The notes beneath the pieces were generated by a model. That model was not told the DNA's origin, searched no databases, and saw only the letters and a list, made by a program, of their open reading frames with translations. This document shows positions 21,592-31,168 of a DNA stretch of 64,000 bases, piece after piece. The position numbers and the translations under genes were made by a program. Origin of the DNA: Bacilli bacterium (GTDB taxonomy: Bacteria > Bacillota_I > Bacilli_A > ML615J-28 > CAG-313). Position 1 is the first letter of the stretch. Each line of letters starts with the position of its first letter. The stretch covers positions 6,161 to 70,160 of the forward strand of contig JAFQPO010000014.1 in NCBI GenBank assembly GCA_017411715.1, in the 5' to 3' direction.

Positions 21592-22269
21592 ATGAAGAAA
21601 TTTATAATAGTCATAGTATGTTTGATTTTGATGTTGCTCACAGGTTGTGTTCAAGATTCAAAAAATTCACATAATAGTTGTTTAGAATGTGGAAAATGTA
21701 TAGCTGAAGATTGTAATGGATTAGAAGAGGAAAAATGTCAAGGACATCAAGTAATTCATCAACATATTGAATGCAAAGTGTGTGGTAAGTGTGTAGATGT
21801 GAAATGCGATGGCAAAGAAGATGAAAGATGTAACAAAACTTATCAGGTAACGTTAGAATCGCATCAATATATATCATTTACTGATTCGTTAGAAGATCTA
21901 CAATTTTACATTATTCAAGACTACAGCCAATATATTGAATTCATTGAAAAAAATGAAATTAAGGAAATATATTATGATGAAGAGAATAATATCCATTATA
22001 ATGAAGAAATAGCAAATCAATTTACTGAAGAATTTTTTATTGATAGTGCACTTGTCTTAATATCATATTTTACAGCAACTTCATTAGATGATTTAACTGT
22101 TATAAAAAGTTATGAATTAGAAAATGGTATTTTAAATATAAAATTTGGTGTCCCTAAAACAGATTTAATTCCAAAGAATAATTGTTATTTGGTATATATG
22201 TTTAAATGTGACAAACATATATTAGATGATTTTGTAACAGTAGAATATAAGTTTGGAGTAAAAAACTGA
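21592..22269 (+). CDS. lipoprotein with two Cys-rich repeats (same motif as 19176..20897)
   Basis: Lipobox LLTGC; CLECGKCIAEDCNGLEEEKCQGH and CKVCGKCVDVKCDGKEDERC. Confidence 0.55.
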   Translation: MKKFIIVIVCLILMLLTGCVQDSKNSHNSCLECGKCIAEDCNGLEEEKCQGHQVIHQHIECKVCGKCVDVKCDGKEDERCNKTYQVTLESHQYISFTDSLEDLQFYIIQDYSQYIEFIEKNEIKEIYYDEENNIHYNEEIANQFTEEFFIDSALVLISYFTATSLDDLTVIKSYELENGILNIKFGVPKTDLIPKNNCYLVYMFKCDKHILDDFVTVEYKFGVKN

Positions 22270-22324
22270 CATTGTTAAAAATATTAAATATGTCGGTTTA
22301 TGATGCTCACAAATAAAATAACCA

Positions 22325-22398
22325 ATTCAAGCTAGTTAATCAAAAAACGTTAGCTGGCTTTTTAAATAGTAGAAATAAATGAGGAAATGTGGTATAAT
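22325..22398 (+). repeat. family-2 terminator/promoter cassette, copy 2
   Basis: Near-identical to copy 1. Confidence 0.75.
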
Positions 22399-22422
22399 AT
22401 TTACAAGAAGAGGTTTAATTAA

Positions 22423-23781
22423 ATGAAAAATATTACTGATGAACAAAAAATATATGAACTATCATTAATATGGAAAGAAGCTGAGTATAATTTTGCTTTT
22501 TGGCATAAATTTGACAAATCTTTTAATTGGGATGAAGAATATAAAAAAGCATTGGAAAGAGTATTAAAAACTAAAAATATATATGAATATTATAAAGAAC
22601 TAATGAGATTTGTTGCATTATTGAAAGATGGACACACCGGTGTGTGGTTGCCTAAAGAAGTGATTAATTCAGATGAGTATTTTTCTACAATACCGCTTTT
22701 GGTTCAGTTTATTGATAATGAATATGTGATTACGAATGTAGATGTTTCAATTAAAGATATTGTTAAAAGATATAGTATTATTAGAATGATTGATGGAATT
22801 CCAACTAAGAAGTATATTAAAGAAAATATCTATCCATATATTTGGCATGAAAAAGAAGATAGTTGTGCATACCAAACAATTGCTTATTTATTTAGAGGTC
22901 CATTAAATAGTAATGTAGAATTACTACTTGAAGATAATGGTGTTGAATATAATGTTATACTAACTAGAACAAATAAGAAAATACAATATTACTATCCCCA
23001 AGTAAAATTTAGTTCAGAACCCCTAACAACAATTTATGATTCTAAATCACATATGATTCAAATGACAAATGATGGAATTACCATTATTACAATTCCTTCA
23101 ATGATGAATGATGAGTTAGGTGAAGAAATATTTAAGAATTATGAATTATTAAAAAATGCTAAAGGATATATAATTGATATTAGAAATAATGGTGGAGGTA
23201 ACAGTAATAATGCTGACCATGTTGCATCACTATTTATAGGTAATTCCTTTAGAACTGATAATGCATATCATCCAATCCATATTGGAGCTTATAAAGCATG
23301 GGGAAAATATAATAAAGTTAATGAAATGACTGAGGAAGAGTTTAAACAGCAATATGGTGATAATCCTTTCTATGAAAAAATATATAAAATTTGTAATCAC
23401 GTATACTATGAACATAATGATTCAGATACTGAAATTCAAGATGTACCAGGTAAATTAGATGGTCCAATTGTTATTTTAAGTTCAGCATATACTGCATCAG
23501 CGGCAGAAAACTTTATAAATGTCATGAAATATAACACTAATGCAATTATAATCGGAAGTGCTAGTTTTGGATCAACAGGACAACCACTTATGTATGAATT
23601 AGAAAGTGGTGGCGGGTTTAGAATTTGTACTAGAAGAAGTTTAGCATTAGATGGTTCTGAATTTATTAATTATGGATTTAAACCAGATATTGAATGTTGT
23701 TTAAGTATTGATGATTTAAAAACAAATGCAGATTCAGTAATGAAAAAAGCTTTAGAAACTATAAGAGAGAAAATTCATTAA
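22423..23781 (+). CDS. S41-family peptidase (C-terminal processing/tail-specific protease-like)
   Basis: N-terminus LSLIWKEAEYNFAFW; catalytic-Ser region SAYTASAAENF. Confidence 0.55.
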   Translation: MKNITDEQKIYELSLIWKEAEYNFAFWHKFDKSFNWDEEYKKALERVLKTKNIYEYYKELMRFVALLKDGHTGVWLPKEVINSDEYFSTIPLLVQFIDNEYVITNVDVSIKDIVKRYSIIRMIDGIPTKKYIKENIYPYIWHEKEDSCAYQTIAYLFRGPLNSNVELLLEDNGVEYNVILTRTNKKIQYYYPQVKFSSEPLTTIYDSKSHMIQMTNDGITIITIPSMMNDELGEEIFKNYELLKNAKGYIIDIRNNGGGNSNNADHVASLFIGNSFRTDNAYHPIHIGAYKAWGKYNKVNEMTEEEFKQQYGDNPFYEKIYKICNHVYYEHNDSDTEIQDVPGKLDGPIVILSSAYTASAAENFINVMKYNTNAIIIGSASFGSTGQPLMYELESGGGFRICTRRSLALDGSEFINYGFKPDIECCLSIDDLKTNADSVMKKALETIREKIH

Positions 23782-23820
23782 AATGAGTAAATCTTTTATA
23801 ACCATAAGTATTTAAAAAGG

Positions 23821-24591
23821 ATGGATAGTATGAGTAATAAATCAAAAGAAAGAGCGTTTGAAATTATAAAATATTATGTTGACCAAATAAGTAAATTACC
23901 TTTTATAAAATCAATAATATTAGATGGAAGTTTATCAGATGATACATATACGGGTAATAAAGGCAGTGATATTGATATTGTAAATGTTATAGAGTCTAAT
24001 AATTATTATGAAGATAAACTATATTTGTTAAAGTTAATAGAAGACATTGAAAATTTTACTAACAAAGATATTCCTATTTCAAAAGTGGTTTATAACTATA
24101 GTCAATTATTCCATCCTTATGATTATAATTTTGATGTGAATAAAACCAATAAAGATTTAATTGAACTTCCAATTGAAGTATTAAGGATAAAATATTCTGG
24201 CAAAACTCTATATGGTGAAGATATAATTAGTGTTATAGATCAACCAACAAAAGAAGATGTTTTATATTGCAAAGAACTTAATCAACAATTACTTATGAAA
24301 CAAGCTAGTGAGAATCCCAAAGGGTATTCTTCATATTTGGAAACAATTAAGAATCCACCTATGAGTATATTGTGCCAAATTGTAATAACTACAGCAATGG
24401 AAGATTATTTTTTGGTTTTGGGTAAAAATTGTTCTAGTAAACGTAAGATATTAGAATGTATCGAAAAGGATTGGCCTCAATACGAAAAAATCGAATTATT
24501 AAGAATATGTCATAAGTATCGTGTTAATAATAGTTTGTCTAAAGAAGAAGAGATATTAGCGGGCAAATTATATAAAGAATTTTTTGTATAA
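23821..24591 (+). CDS. nucleotidyltransferase-domain protein (Pol-beta superfamily; possibly ANT-like)
   Basis: LDGSLSDDTYTGNKGSDIDIV motif of the GS...D.D type. Confidence 0.45.
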   Translation: MDSMSNKSKERAFEIIKYYVDQISKLPFIKSIILDGSLSDDTYTGNKGSDIDIVNVIESNNYYEDKLYLLKLIEDIENFTNKDIPISKVVYNYSQLFHPYDYNFDVNKTNKDLIELPIEVLRIKYSGKTLYGEDIISVIDQPTKEDVLYCKELNQQLLMKQASENPKGYSSYLETIKNPPMSILCQIVITTAMEDYFLVLGKNCSSKRKILECIEKDWPQYEKIELLRICHKYRVNNSLSKEEEILAGKLYKEFFV

Positions 24592-24820
24592 CTATTGTTG
24601 ATTAAATCATTATATCTCAACATCCTAACCCCATTTTAACACCTGTAGCAGACTTTCAAAAAGCTATTACAAACAAACCAAGGTAAGAAATCAAATGAGG
24701 ATGTGGACCAAATTTGAGACAATTAGACTGTGAGGTAATACTTGCAGTCTTTTCTATTTCTTAAAAAAAAGACTTATAGTCCCATACACCATATAAAAAG
24801 ATAGATATCGTAGCAATTAG

Positions 24821-25048
24821 ACATTTTCTGAAATCTATAAGTCTTCTAGTAAGGCTTATTTTTTTTGCATTTTATATGGTATTTTAGCTAGTTTTAGTTA
24901 GAATACCTTATTTTTTTATACATTTATGAAACATTTAGATTTAAAGACAAGGTGAGACTGACCATGGACTCGAACCATTGACTTACGGGTGTCGAACCTT
25001 TAGTTCTAACGGGATTCGAACCAATAAGAGATAATGGTGGAAATATAT
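24821..25048. repeat. family-1 module, full copy C
   Basis: ACATTTTCTGAAATCTATAAGTCTTC...; terminator hairpin GGTATTTTAGCTA/TAGTTAGAATACC plus T-run; TTTATGAAACATTTAGATTTAAAGACAAGGTGAGACTGACC; three units ending GGACTCGAACC / GTGTCGAACC / GGATTCGAACC; then AATAAGAGATAATGGTGGAAATAT. Confidence 0.7.
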
Positions 25049-25132
25049 TTTAAAAAATAGTATAATTTATTTAAGAAATATGCGAACCATTTTTAAAATT
25101 TATACACTATATAGGTGTAAGAGGTAAATGCT

Positions 25133-26770
25133 ATGAATGAGAAAGAACAATTAATTGAACAACTGGTGGCACAAAAGGATAAAGTATTCTTTTATTGTGT
25201 GAAACGTTGTAATAGTATAATAGATGCTGAAGATTTATCACAAGATATACTGCTTGATATTATGGTTAATATTAACAAAGGTATTAAGATAGAAAACTTT
25301 GATTATTATATTTGGCAAATATGTAAAAACCATTATAGTAAGTATGTAGCTAGAATTGTTAAAGATAGAGATAATATAATGTTTGTTGAAGAAATAGATG
25401 AACCCGGGAATGAACTTTCTTCATTAGACAAACTAATTAATTCTGAAAAACTCGCAATGATTAATGCTGCAATAAAATTATTATCAAGTGATTATTCAGA
25501 AATACTTTATTCATATTATATTGAAGATAGATCGTTATCATTTATAGCAGAAAAATTGAATCTACCTCTTGGAACTGTCAAAAGAAGATTATTTGACATA
25601 AGGAATAAACTTAAGGAGTATTTAAAAATGGAAAGATTAAATGGAAGAAAAGCATTTGTACCTAAAGAATATGAAACACATAGAAGTGGTGGAGCAAGTT
25701 TAAATCCTGAAGAATACACATATGGATTGATCCAACAAAACTTATTAATGCATTCGTATGGTAATCCATGTAGTTTAGAAGATTATTCGTTGGAAATGGG
25801 AATAAGCTTACCATACATTGAAAATATAGTTGATAGTTTAGAGCATGCAACATTATTAATAAAAGATGAAAATGGAAAATATTTAACTAATTTCATAATG
25901 GTAGATAAAAATATAGATCAAAAGGTATTAAAATTAGTTAGACAAAGGGCAAAGGAATATACGAAGTTAATAGTTGAATATTGTAAAAAACATTTTAATG
26001 ATTGGAAAGTTTTAGTCAATAATCCTTTACTTGATGATAATAAATTAATGTGGTCGTATATGTTTAATACTAATAGAAAAGTTGAGTATTTAGATTGCAC
26101 TAAAGAAGAAACCAAAAAAACAATGAGACATCACAGTCATATTGTTGAAGGTGGTAGTTGGGATTTTTGTATGTCAGAAGCTTATGATTCAGAAATAAAA
26201 AATTTCCAAATTAATGAATGTATAGATGGAAATGGTGTGATAGGATTACAAGGATTATTATATCCAGGGCAAAGGAAAATTGATGGTATTAATTCAGAAG
26301 CATTAAAATGTATAAGATGGGATAATAGTGCGAATTGGGATGCTGATTTTGAATTATTTGGATATTTGCTAAAAAATAAAAATATCAAATATTCAGATTG
26401 TGTATATACTCTTAAATCTGCTGTTGATAATATGGTTAAAGAAAACTACTTGCGAATTGAAGATGATACTATAAAATTCAATTTTGTATTATTAGATTTT
26501 GAAAAAGCAACAATTAATAAAGATGATGAATATAGTACTGAATTAATTCCAGCTAAACAAAAAAGAAAAGAAATCACTAATGAAATTATAGATATATTTA
26601 AAGATGTTATTCCTGAATATTTATACAAAGACTTAGATTACATTGCTAATTCATACTTTGTAGCAAATATGAGACAATATGTAGTAATGGCTTTTGAAGA
26701 AGAAGGTTTGATTAAACCAGTTAATGAAAATAGATTTGTATATAATATGTTTTGTTGGGAAAGAAAATAA
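25133..26770 (+). CDS. sigma-70-family (ECF-like) protein with about 370-aa C-terminal extension
   Basis: Region 2 DAEDLSQDILLDI; region 4 SLSFIAEKLNLPLGTVKRRLFDIRNKL; same architecture as 15436..16992. Confidence 0.6.
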   Translation: MNEKEQLIEQLVAQKDKVFFYCVKRCNSIIDAEDLSQDILLDIMVNINKGIKIENFDYYIWQICKNHYSKYVARIVKDRDNIMFVEEIDEPGNELSSLDKLINSEKLAMINAAIKLLSSDYSEILYSYYIEDRSLSFIAEKLNLPLGTVKRRLFDIRNKLKEYLKMERLNGRKAFVPKEYETHRSGGASLNPEEYTYGLIQQNLLMHSYGNPCSLEDYSLEMGISLPYIENIVDSLEHATLLIKDENGKYLTNFIMVDKNIDQKVLKLVRQRAKEYTKLIVEYCKKHFNDWKVLVNNPLLDDNKLMWSYMFNTNRKVEYLDCTKEETKKTMRHHSHIVEGGSWDFCMSEAYDSEIKNFQINECIDGNGVIGLQGLLYPGQRKIDGINSEALKCIRWDNSANWDADFELFGYLLKNKNIKYSDCVYTLKSAVDNMVKENYLRIEDDTIKFNFVLLDFEKATINKDDEYSTELIPAKQKRKEITNEIIDIFKDVIPEYLYKDLDYIANSYFVANMRQYVVMAFEEEGLIKPVNENRFVYNMFCWERK

Positions 26771-26850
26771 AAATGAAGAATATTGTCAGTTAGCTTAGAT
26801 GGTTAACTGACTTTTTTCTTATAAAAGACGTATCATTTATGATGTAATGA

Positions 26851-27077
26851 AACATTTTTTGAAATCTGTAGGTCTTCTAAAAAGAGGATCTATTTATTAT
26901 TTTTATAGACTATATTGCTTGAAATATAGTGAAATAGTCTCTTTTTTTATACATTTATGAAACATTTAGATTTAAATACCTAAGGAGAGCGACCACGGGA
27001 TCGAACCATTGTCTTACGGTTGTTGAACCTTTAATTCTAAGGGGACTAGAACCTATAAGAGACTTAAAATTTGACAC
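26851..27077. repeat. family-1 module, full copy D
   Basis: Same architecture as copy C; units GAGCGACCACGGGATCGAACC / ATTGTCTTACGGTTGTTGAACC / TTTAATTCTAAGGGGACTAGAACC; then CTATAAGAGA and promoter TTGACA..17 bp..TGATATAAT. Confidence 0.7.
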
Positions 27078-27241
27078 TGTATATTTATAAATGATATAAT
27101 ACATTTATAAATATAAAAATGTTGAATATATGTAAGTTTTAAATTTAATTTAACATGTTGTTATTATCATAAAAAGTTGTTTATTAATATTAGACAATTG
27201 TGTTTATTAAGATTTTTTAAGAATTTTTTGAGGAGTAAAAT

Positions 27242-28129
27242 ATGGCAAGTAATAATGAAAAAGGAAAAAAATATGAGGGATTCTCTAAAGAGATATTATT
27301 GTTACAAAATTTAACATGGGATTACGATTCACAAAATAAGAATATTAAGTTTGATAAAGATGTAGAAGATCATAAGATTGAAGGTATTTCTGGTCAAAAA
27401 CATCAAATAGATATACATCTTATTTCAAGTAAAAATCCAGAGTTTCATTTGCTATGTGAATGTAAAGCACATAATCCGGCAGTTGAAAAAACACATGCTT
27501 GCTCATTTGTTACCGTAATTACTGATATTAGAGATAAACATAAAGATTGGAAAATTATTCCTGTTTTTACAGCTGAAGATGGATATCAAAGTGGTGCAAA
27601 AAAAATTTTGCATTATTATAAAATTATTTATTTTGAAATGAAAGACTATAGAAATGTACAAAGAACTTTTAATACTAACATTACCTCAAAAATGCCAAAA
27701 TTTGAAGAACTTAATGGTATATTAGAAGATGGAACTATTGTTGATAGGGATGTTTGCTTAATAAATTATTCAAGAGGTGATAGTTATGGGATAACTAATG
27801 CTATTAAAAGTTTTGAACTTTTTGATAGCAATAATAAGAAAATTGAAAATCTTATAGACTTCACTGGTGAATTTCATACGGGAGATAGATGTATAATGAT
27901 AGATGATTCTGATGAGTTTTATGAAGTGCGTACTAATAAAAAACTTGTTGCGATAAATGGCACTGTAGTTGGGAATACAACATGTAATTTAGGTTCGAGT
28001 CAAACTGTTATCAAATCTAAAGCAGTTACTAATATAATTCTTGATGATGGAAATATATATCGAATTAATAAAGATGGTACATGTGAAAAATATTATGATC
28101 AGGATGAATCAAAAAAGATATTTGAATAG
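27242..28129 (+). CDS. restriction-endonuclease-like (PD-(D/E)xK, Mrr-cat type) N-terminal domain protein
   Basis: GISGQKHQIDIHL...EFHLLCECKAH fits a D..(D/E)xK nuclease core; C-terminal half unassigned. Confidence 0.4.
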   Translation: MASNNEKGKKYEGFSKEILLLQNLTWDYDSQNKNIKFDKDVEDHKIEGISGQKHQIDIHLISSKNPEFHLLCECKAHNPAVEKTHACSFVTVITDIRDKHKDWKIIPVFTAEDGYQSGAKKILHYYKIIYFEMKDYRNVQRTFNTNITSKMPKFEELNGILEDGTIVDRDVCLINYSRGDSYGITNAIKSFELFDSNNKKIENLIDFTGEFHTGDRCIMIDDSDEFYEVRTNKKLVAINGTVVGNTTCNLGSSQTVIKSKAVTNIILDDGNIYRINKDGTCEKYYDQDESKKIFE

Positions 28130-28470
28130 TTTTTTAAAAAAATAATGTTTTTGTAAAAAGAATTTTAAGAAACTTGTAAAATTATGAAACTATATATCGA
28201 ATATAAACTATGATAGCTTTATTAGACTGTATAAAAGTAGTAAATAAGAGCACAATAGAATTCCAATTTAAATTTGATATAATAATTCAAGAATATTTAT
28301 AAAATGCCAGATAGACTATTCTAAATGGCTTTCTTTTACATTAAAATATGAATCAAATGATTTACAAAAATAAATTTATGTGATATAATATATTTGTCAA
28401 TTGGAGAGACACTCATTACTAAAAATGTTATTGACTACATTGTTTATCATAATAAAGGAGGAGACACTCA

Positions 28471-29016
28471 TTGGAAAAAACAGAAGGTAAAAAAACCGTT
28501 ATTGTCATTGATGAGCAAGGTAATAAATTAGAATCTACGTACCCTAAAAGGGCAAAGGGTCTTATTAAGAATGGTAGGGCACGAGTTGTAGATGAAAATA
28601 CTATATGCCTTGTGGACCTACCAAAACATATAATTTTGGAGGAAAATAAAATGAATAATAACAATATAAATTTAGAAGAAAACAAAGAAGTAAAAATTGA
28701 TTTAGCTTACATCATGAATAAGATTGATGAAATTACTAAAATTAATTTGGAATTAGTTAGCAATAAAGATTTAGCTGATATGTCAGTTGTTCTAGGTGCA
28801 AAAAATCCTGTTCAATGCATTTGTGAAACTAATAATAAGATGATTGATTTCTTACAAGATATTTACAAATCACTTCAACCAAAACAAGAATCAGAATTGA
28901 ATACACAAATTATAAATGGTTTAACTAATGCTTTGATGAATGCAATTGAAGAAGAAGCTGACCAATCAGTAATCGCACATATTACTGACACTCTTGCTAA
29001 GTATATTGAAAAGTAA
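28471..29016 (+). CDS. hypothetical protein (TTG start)
   Basis: AAAGGAGGAG RBS; terminator AAGGATTTAGCCGATATGGTTAGATCCTTTT downstream. Confidence 0.4.
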   Translation: MEKTEGKKTVIVIDEQGNKLESTYPKRAKGLIKNGRARVVDENTICLVDLPKHIILEENKMNNNNINLEENKEVKIDLAYIMNKIDEITKINLELVSNKDLADMSVVLGAKNPVQCICETNNKMIDFLQDIYKSLQPKQESELNTQIINGLTNALMNAIEEEADQSVIAHITDTLAKYIEK

Positions 29017-29205
29017 TTAAAAAAATAAAGGATTTAGCCGATATGGTTAGATCCTTTTGTTATTAAGTAAAGCACTTTTTGTTCAGTTGCTAAAATAAGG
29101 TTATTACGACAAAAAGAAACATTTAACACTTTTTATTTTGTAAATTAAGAAAAAAGCACTTTCTGATTTGTAAAACGTTAAAAAAACACTTTTTGTCGTA
29201 ATGAC

Positions 29206-29432
29206 ACATTTTTTGAAATCTATAGGTCTTCTGAAAAGAGGATCTATTTTTTATTTTTAAGGACTATTTTACTTAAAATATAGTGAAATAGTCTCTTTTT
29301 TTACCTGTTTATGAAACATTTAGATTTAAACAATAGGTGAGACTAACCACGGACTCGAACCATTAACTTACGGGATTCGAATGTTAGGTTCTGATGGGAC
29401 TCGAACCTATAAGAGATTGATGATTTGACATG
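29206..29432. repeat. family-1 module, full copy E
   Basis: ACATTTTTTGAAATCTATAGGTCTTC...; hairpin GGACTATTT..AAATAGTCTC plus T-run; units GACTAACCACGGACTCGAACC / ATTAACTTACGGGATTCGAATG / TTAGGTTCTGATGGGACTCGAACC; then CTATAAGAGA and TTGACA..TGGTATAAT. Confidence 0.7.
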
Positions 29433-29646
29433 ATATATTTACTAATGGTATAATATATATAAAGAAATAAAACTTTTTGTCACCTTTTGCTATGTTAAAT
29501 TGTTTTATATATGAAAGGATAAAAGTTCTCTTAATTAGAGATGATATTCTAGTGCATAAATATAAAATATGTATAATCATATAAATAAGTAAAATATTTC
29601 CAACAAAATGGACTTTTATTTGTTATATTAAAAGGAGGTTTATTTA

Positions 29647-30726
29647 ATGAAGAAAATATTAGTTAGTATGTTTTTATTAGTATTTGGATTATGTTTAGTT
29701 GGGTGTGAAAATATTGGTAATAGTAAAACTTATGAATTAACAATTCAAAATCAAACCGAATATGAATTAATAGGAATAAAGAATGAATATAAAGGAGATG
29801 AAGAAGTAGAAATCAAAATGATATATGAAGATGATGTATGTACTTTTGCATTTTTAGATGGTGAATTATTGGGTGAACTAACTGGAATTGATTCAATAAA
29901 ATTTAATATGCCTGCAAAAGATTCAGTATTGACAATCAGTTATTCGGAAGAAATATATAAAGTAAATGTTATTGATAATTTTGACTTAATAGAAGAAGTG
30001 CTTAATGATTATTACGCACCTGAAGAAACAATAATCTTTCATGTATCACATGAACTATATGATAATATTACAGTAATTATTAATGGGAAAGTAGAAGAAG
30101 GAATTGATCCGTTAATTGGAACTAATAACTTCAAAACATATTTAGTTAGAATGTCCGAAGGAGAATGTGAAATAAAAGTAACTGTTAATGGACTAAGTGA
30201 TTACTCATGTAATGATAATTTACATCATTATGAAGAAGAAATAAAAAAAGTTGATAACTCGTATATTAAAGAATCTACGTGTAAATTATGTGGTGAAATA
30301 GTTCAAGAAGAAATAACTAAAATTAAATTAGATACTATAATTTTATATTTTGGTAGTTATTCAGATGATAATTCATTTGTATTATTTGTAAAGGAATATA
30401 ATTTATCAAATAGAAAATATCTAATTATAGATAATGTTGAAGCATATTATGAGATATATCCTAATATTCCACGTATGAATAAAGAATTATTGAGTGATGA
30501 AGAAGCAGATGAATTCTTTAAAAATAATATAATGGTATTACATATAAGATATATTAGTGGTACTTTAGATTTTGTCCCTGTTAATTATTATTATAACACA
30601 ATACTTAATAATATAATTATGGAATATACAAATGATGTTTCTGGTGACTATATAACACAATTTTTAGGTAATACCCTTGATATAATTACAATTCCTAAAA
30701 AGTACTATAATAAAATTAATAAATAA
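29647..30726 (+). CDS. lipoprotein, function unknown
   Basis: Signal plus lipobox LCLVGC. Confidence 0.5.
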   Translation: MKKILVSMFLLVFGLCLVGCENIGNSKTYELTIQNQTEYELIGIKNEYKGDEEVEIKMIYEDDVCTFAFLDGELLGELTGIDSIKFNMPAKDSVLTISYSEEIYKVNVIDNFDLIEEVLNDYYAPEETIIFHVSHELYDNITVIINGKVEEGIDPLIGTNNFKTYLVRMSEGECEIKVTVNGLSDYSCNDNLHHYEEEIKKVDNSYIKESTCKLCGEIVQEEITKIKLDTIILYFGSYSDDNSFVLFVKEYNLSNRKYLIIDNVEAYYEIYPNIPRMNKELLSDEEADEFFKNNIMVLHIRYISGTLDFVPVNYYYNTILNNIIMEYTNDVSGDYITQFLGNTLDIITIPKKYYNKINK

Positions 30727-30729
30727 CCA

Positions 30730-30801
30730 ATCAAAGCTAGTTAACCAAAAAGTTAGCTGGCTTTTTAAATAGTAGAAATAAATGAGAAAATGTGGTATAA
30801 T
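30730..30801 (+). repeat. family-2 terminator/promoter cassette, copy 3
   Basis: AAGCTAGTTAACC..GTTAGCTGGCTTTTTAAATAGTAGAAATAAATGAGAAAATGTGGTATAAT. Confidence 0.75.
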
Positions 30802-30824
30802 ACTTTCATAAGAGGTGCATTAAT

Positions 30825-31157
30825 ATGAAAGAACTAACAACAAAAGAACAATATGAATATTTTGAAGAAACATTTAATAAATTTAATACTACTCTTTTAA
30901 ACCAAAGTGATGATGATATTGAATATATAATTTTTGAAGATATTATAGATAATGTTGTTTCATTTTTGCATTCAATAGTGATAGATAAATTATTAGAAGA
31001 AAAATATATTAATAGTGAAGTATATGATTTATGTTGTGATTTTAGAAAACAATTTCTAGTGTTAGAAGAAAAATCATTAAGAAGTGCAACTGAAATTAGA
31101 AAAAGTAAAGAATGGCTAGACTTAATAAAATTAGCTGATGAGATTAAGAATAAATAA
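30825..31157 (+). CDS. hypothetical small soluble protein
   Basis: ORF directly downstream of a family-2 cassette. Confidence 0.4.
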   Translation: MKELTTKEQYEYFEETFNKFNTTLLNQSDDDIEYIIFEDIIDNVVSFLHSIVIDKLLEEKYINSEVYDLCCDFRKQFLVLEEKSLRSATEIRKSKEWLDLIKLADEIKNK

Positions 31158-31168
31158 TAGGAGAGCTT

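Noticed and set aside
24951-25020. Tandem 22-bp units might be a CRISPR array
   Set aside because: The units are contiguous with no interleaved unique spacers. There are only three, their sequences differ, and no cas genes are nearby.
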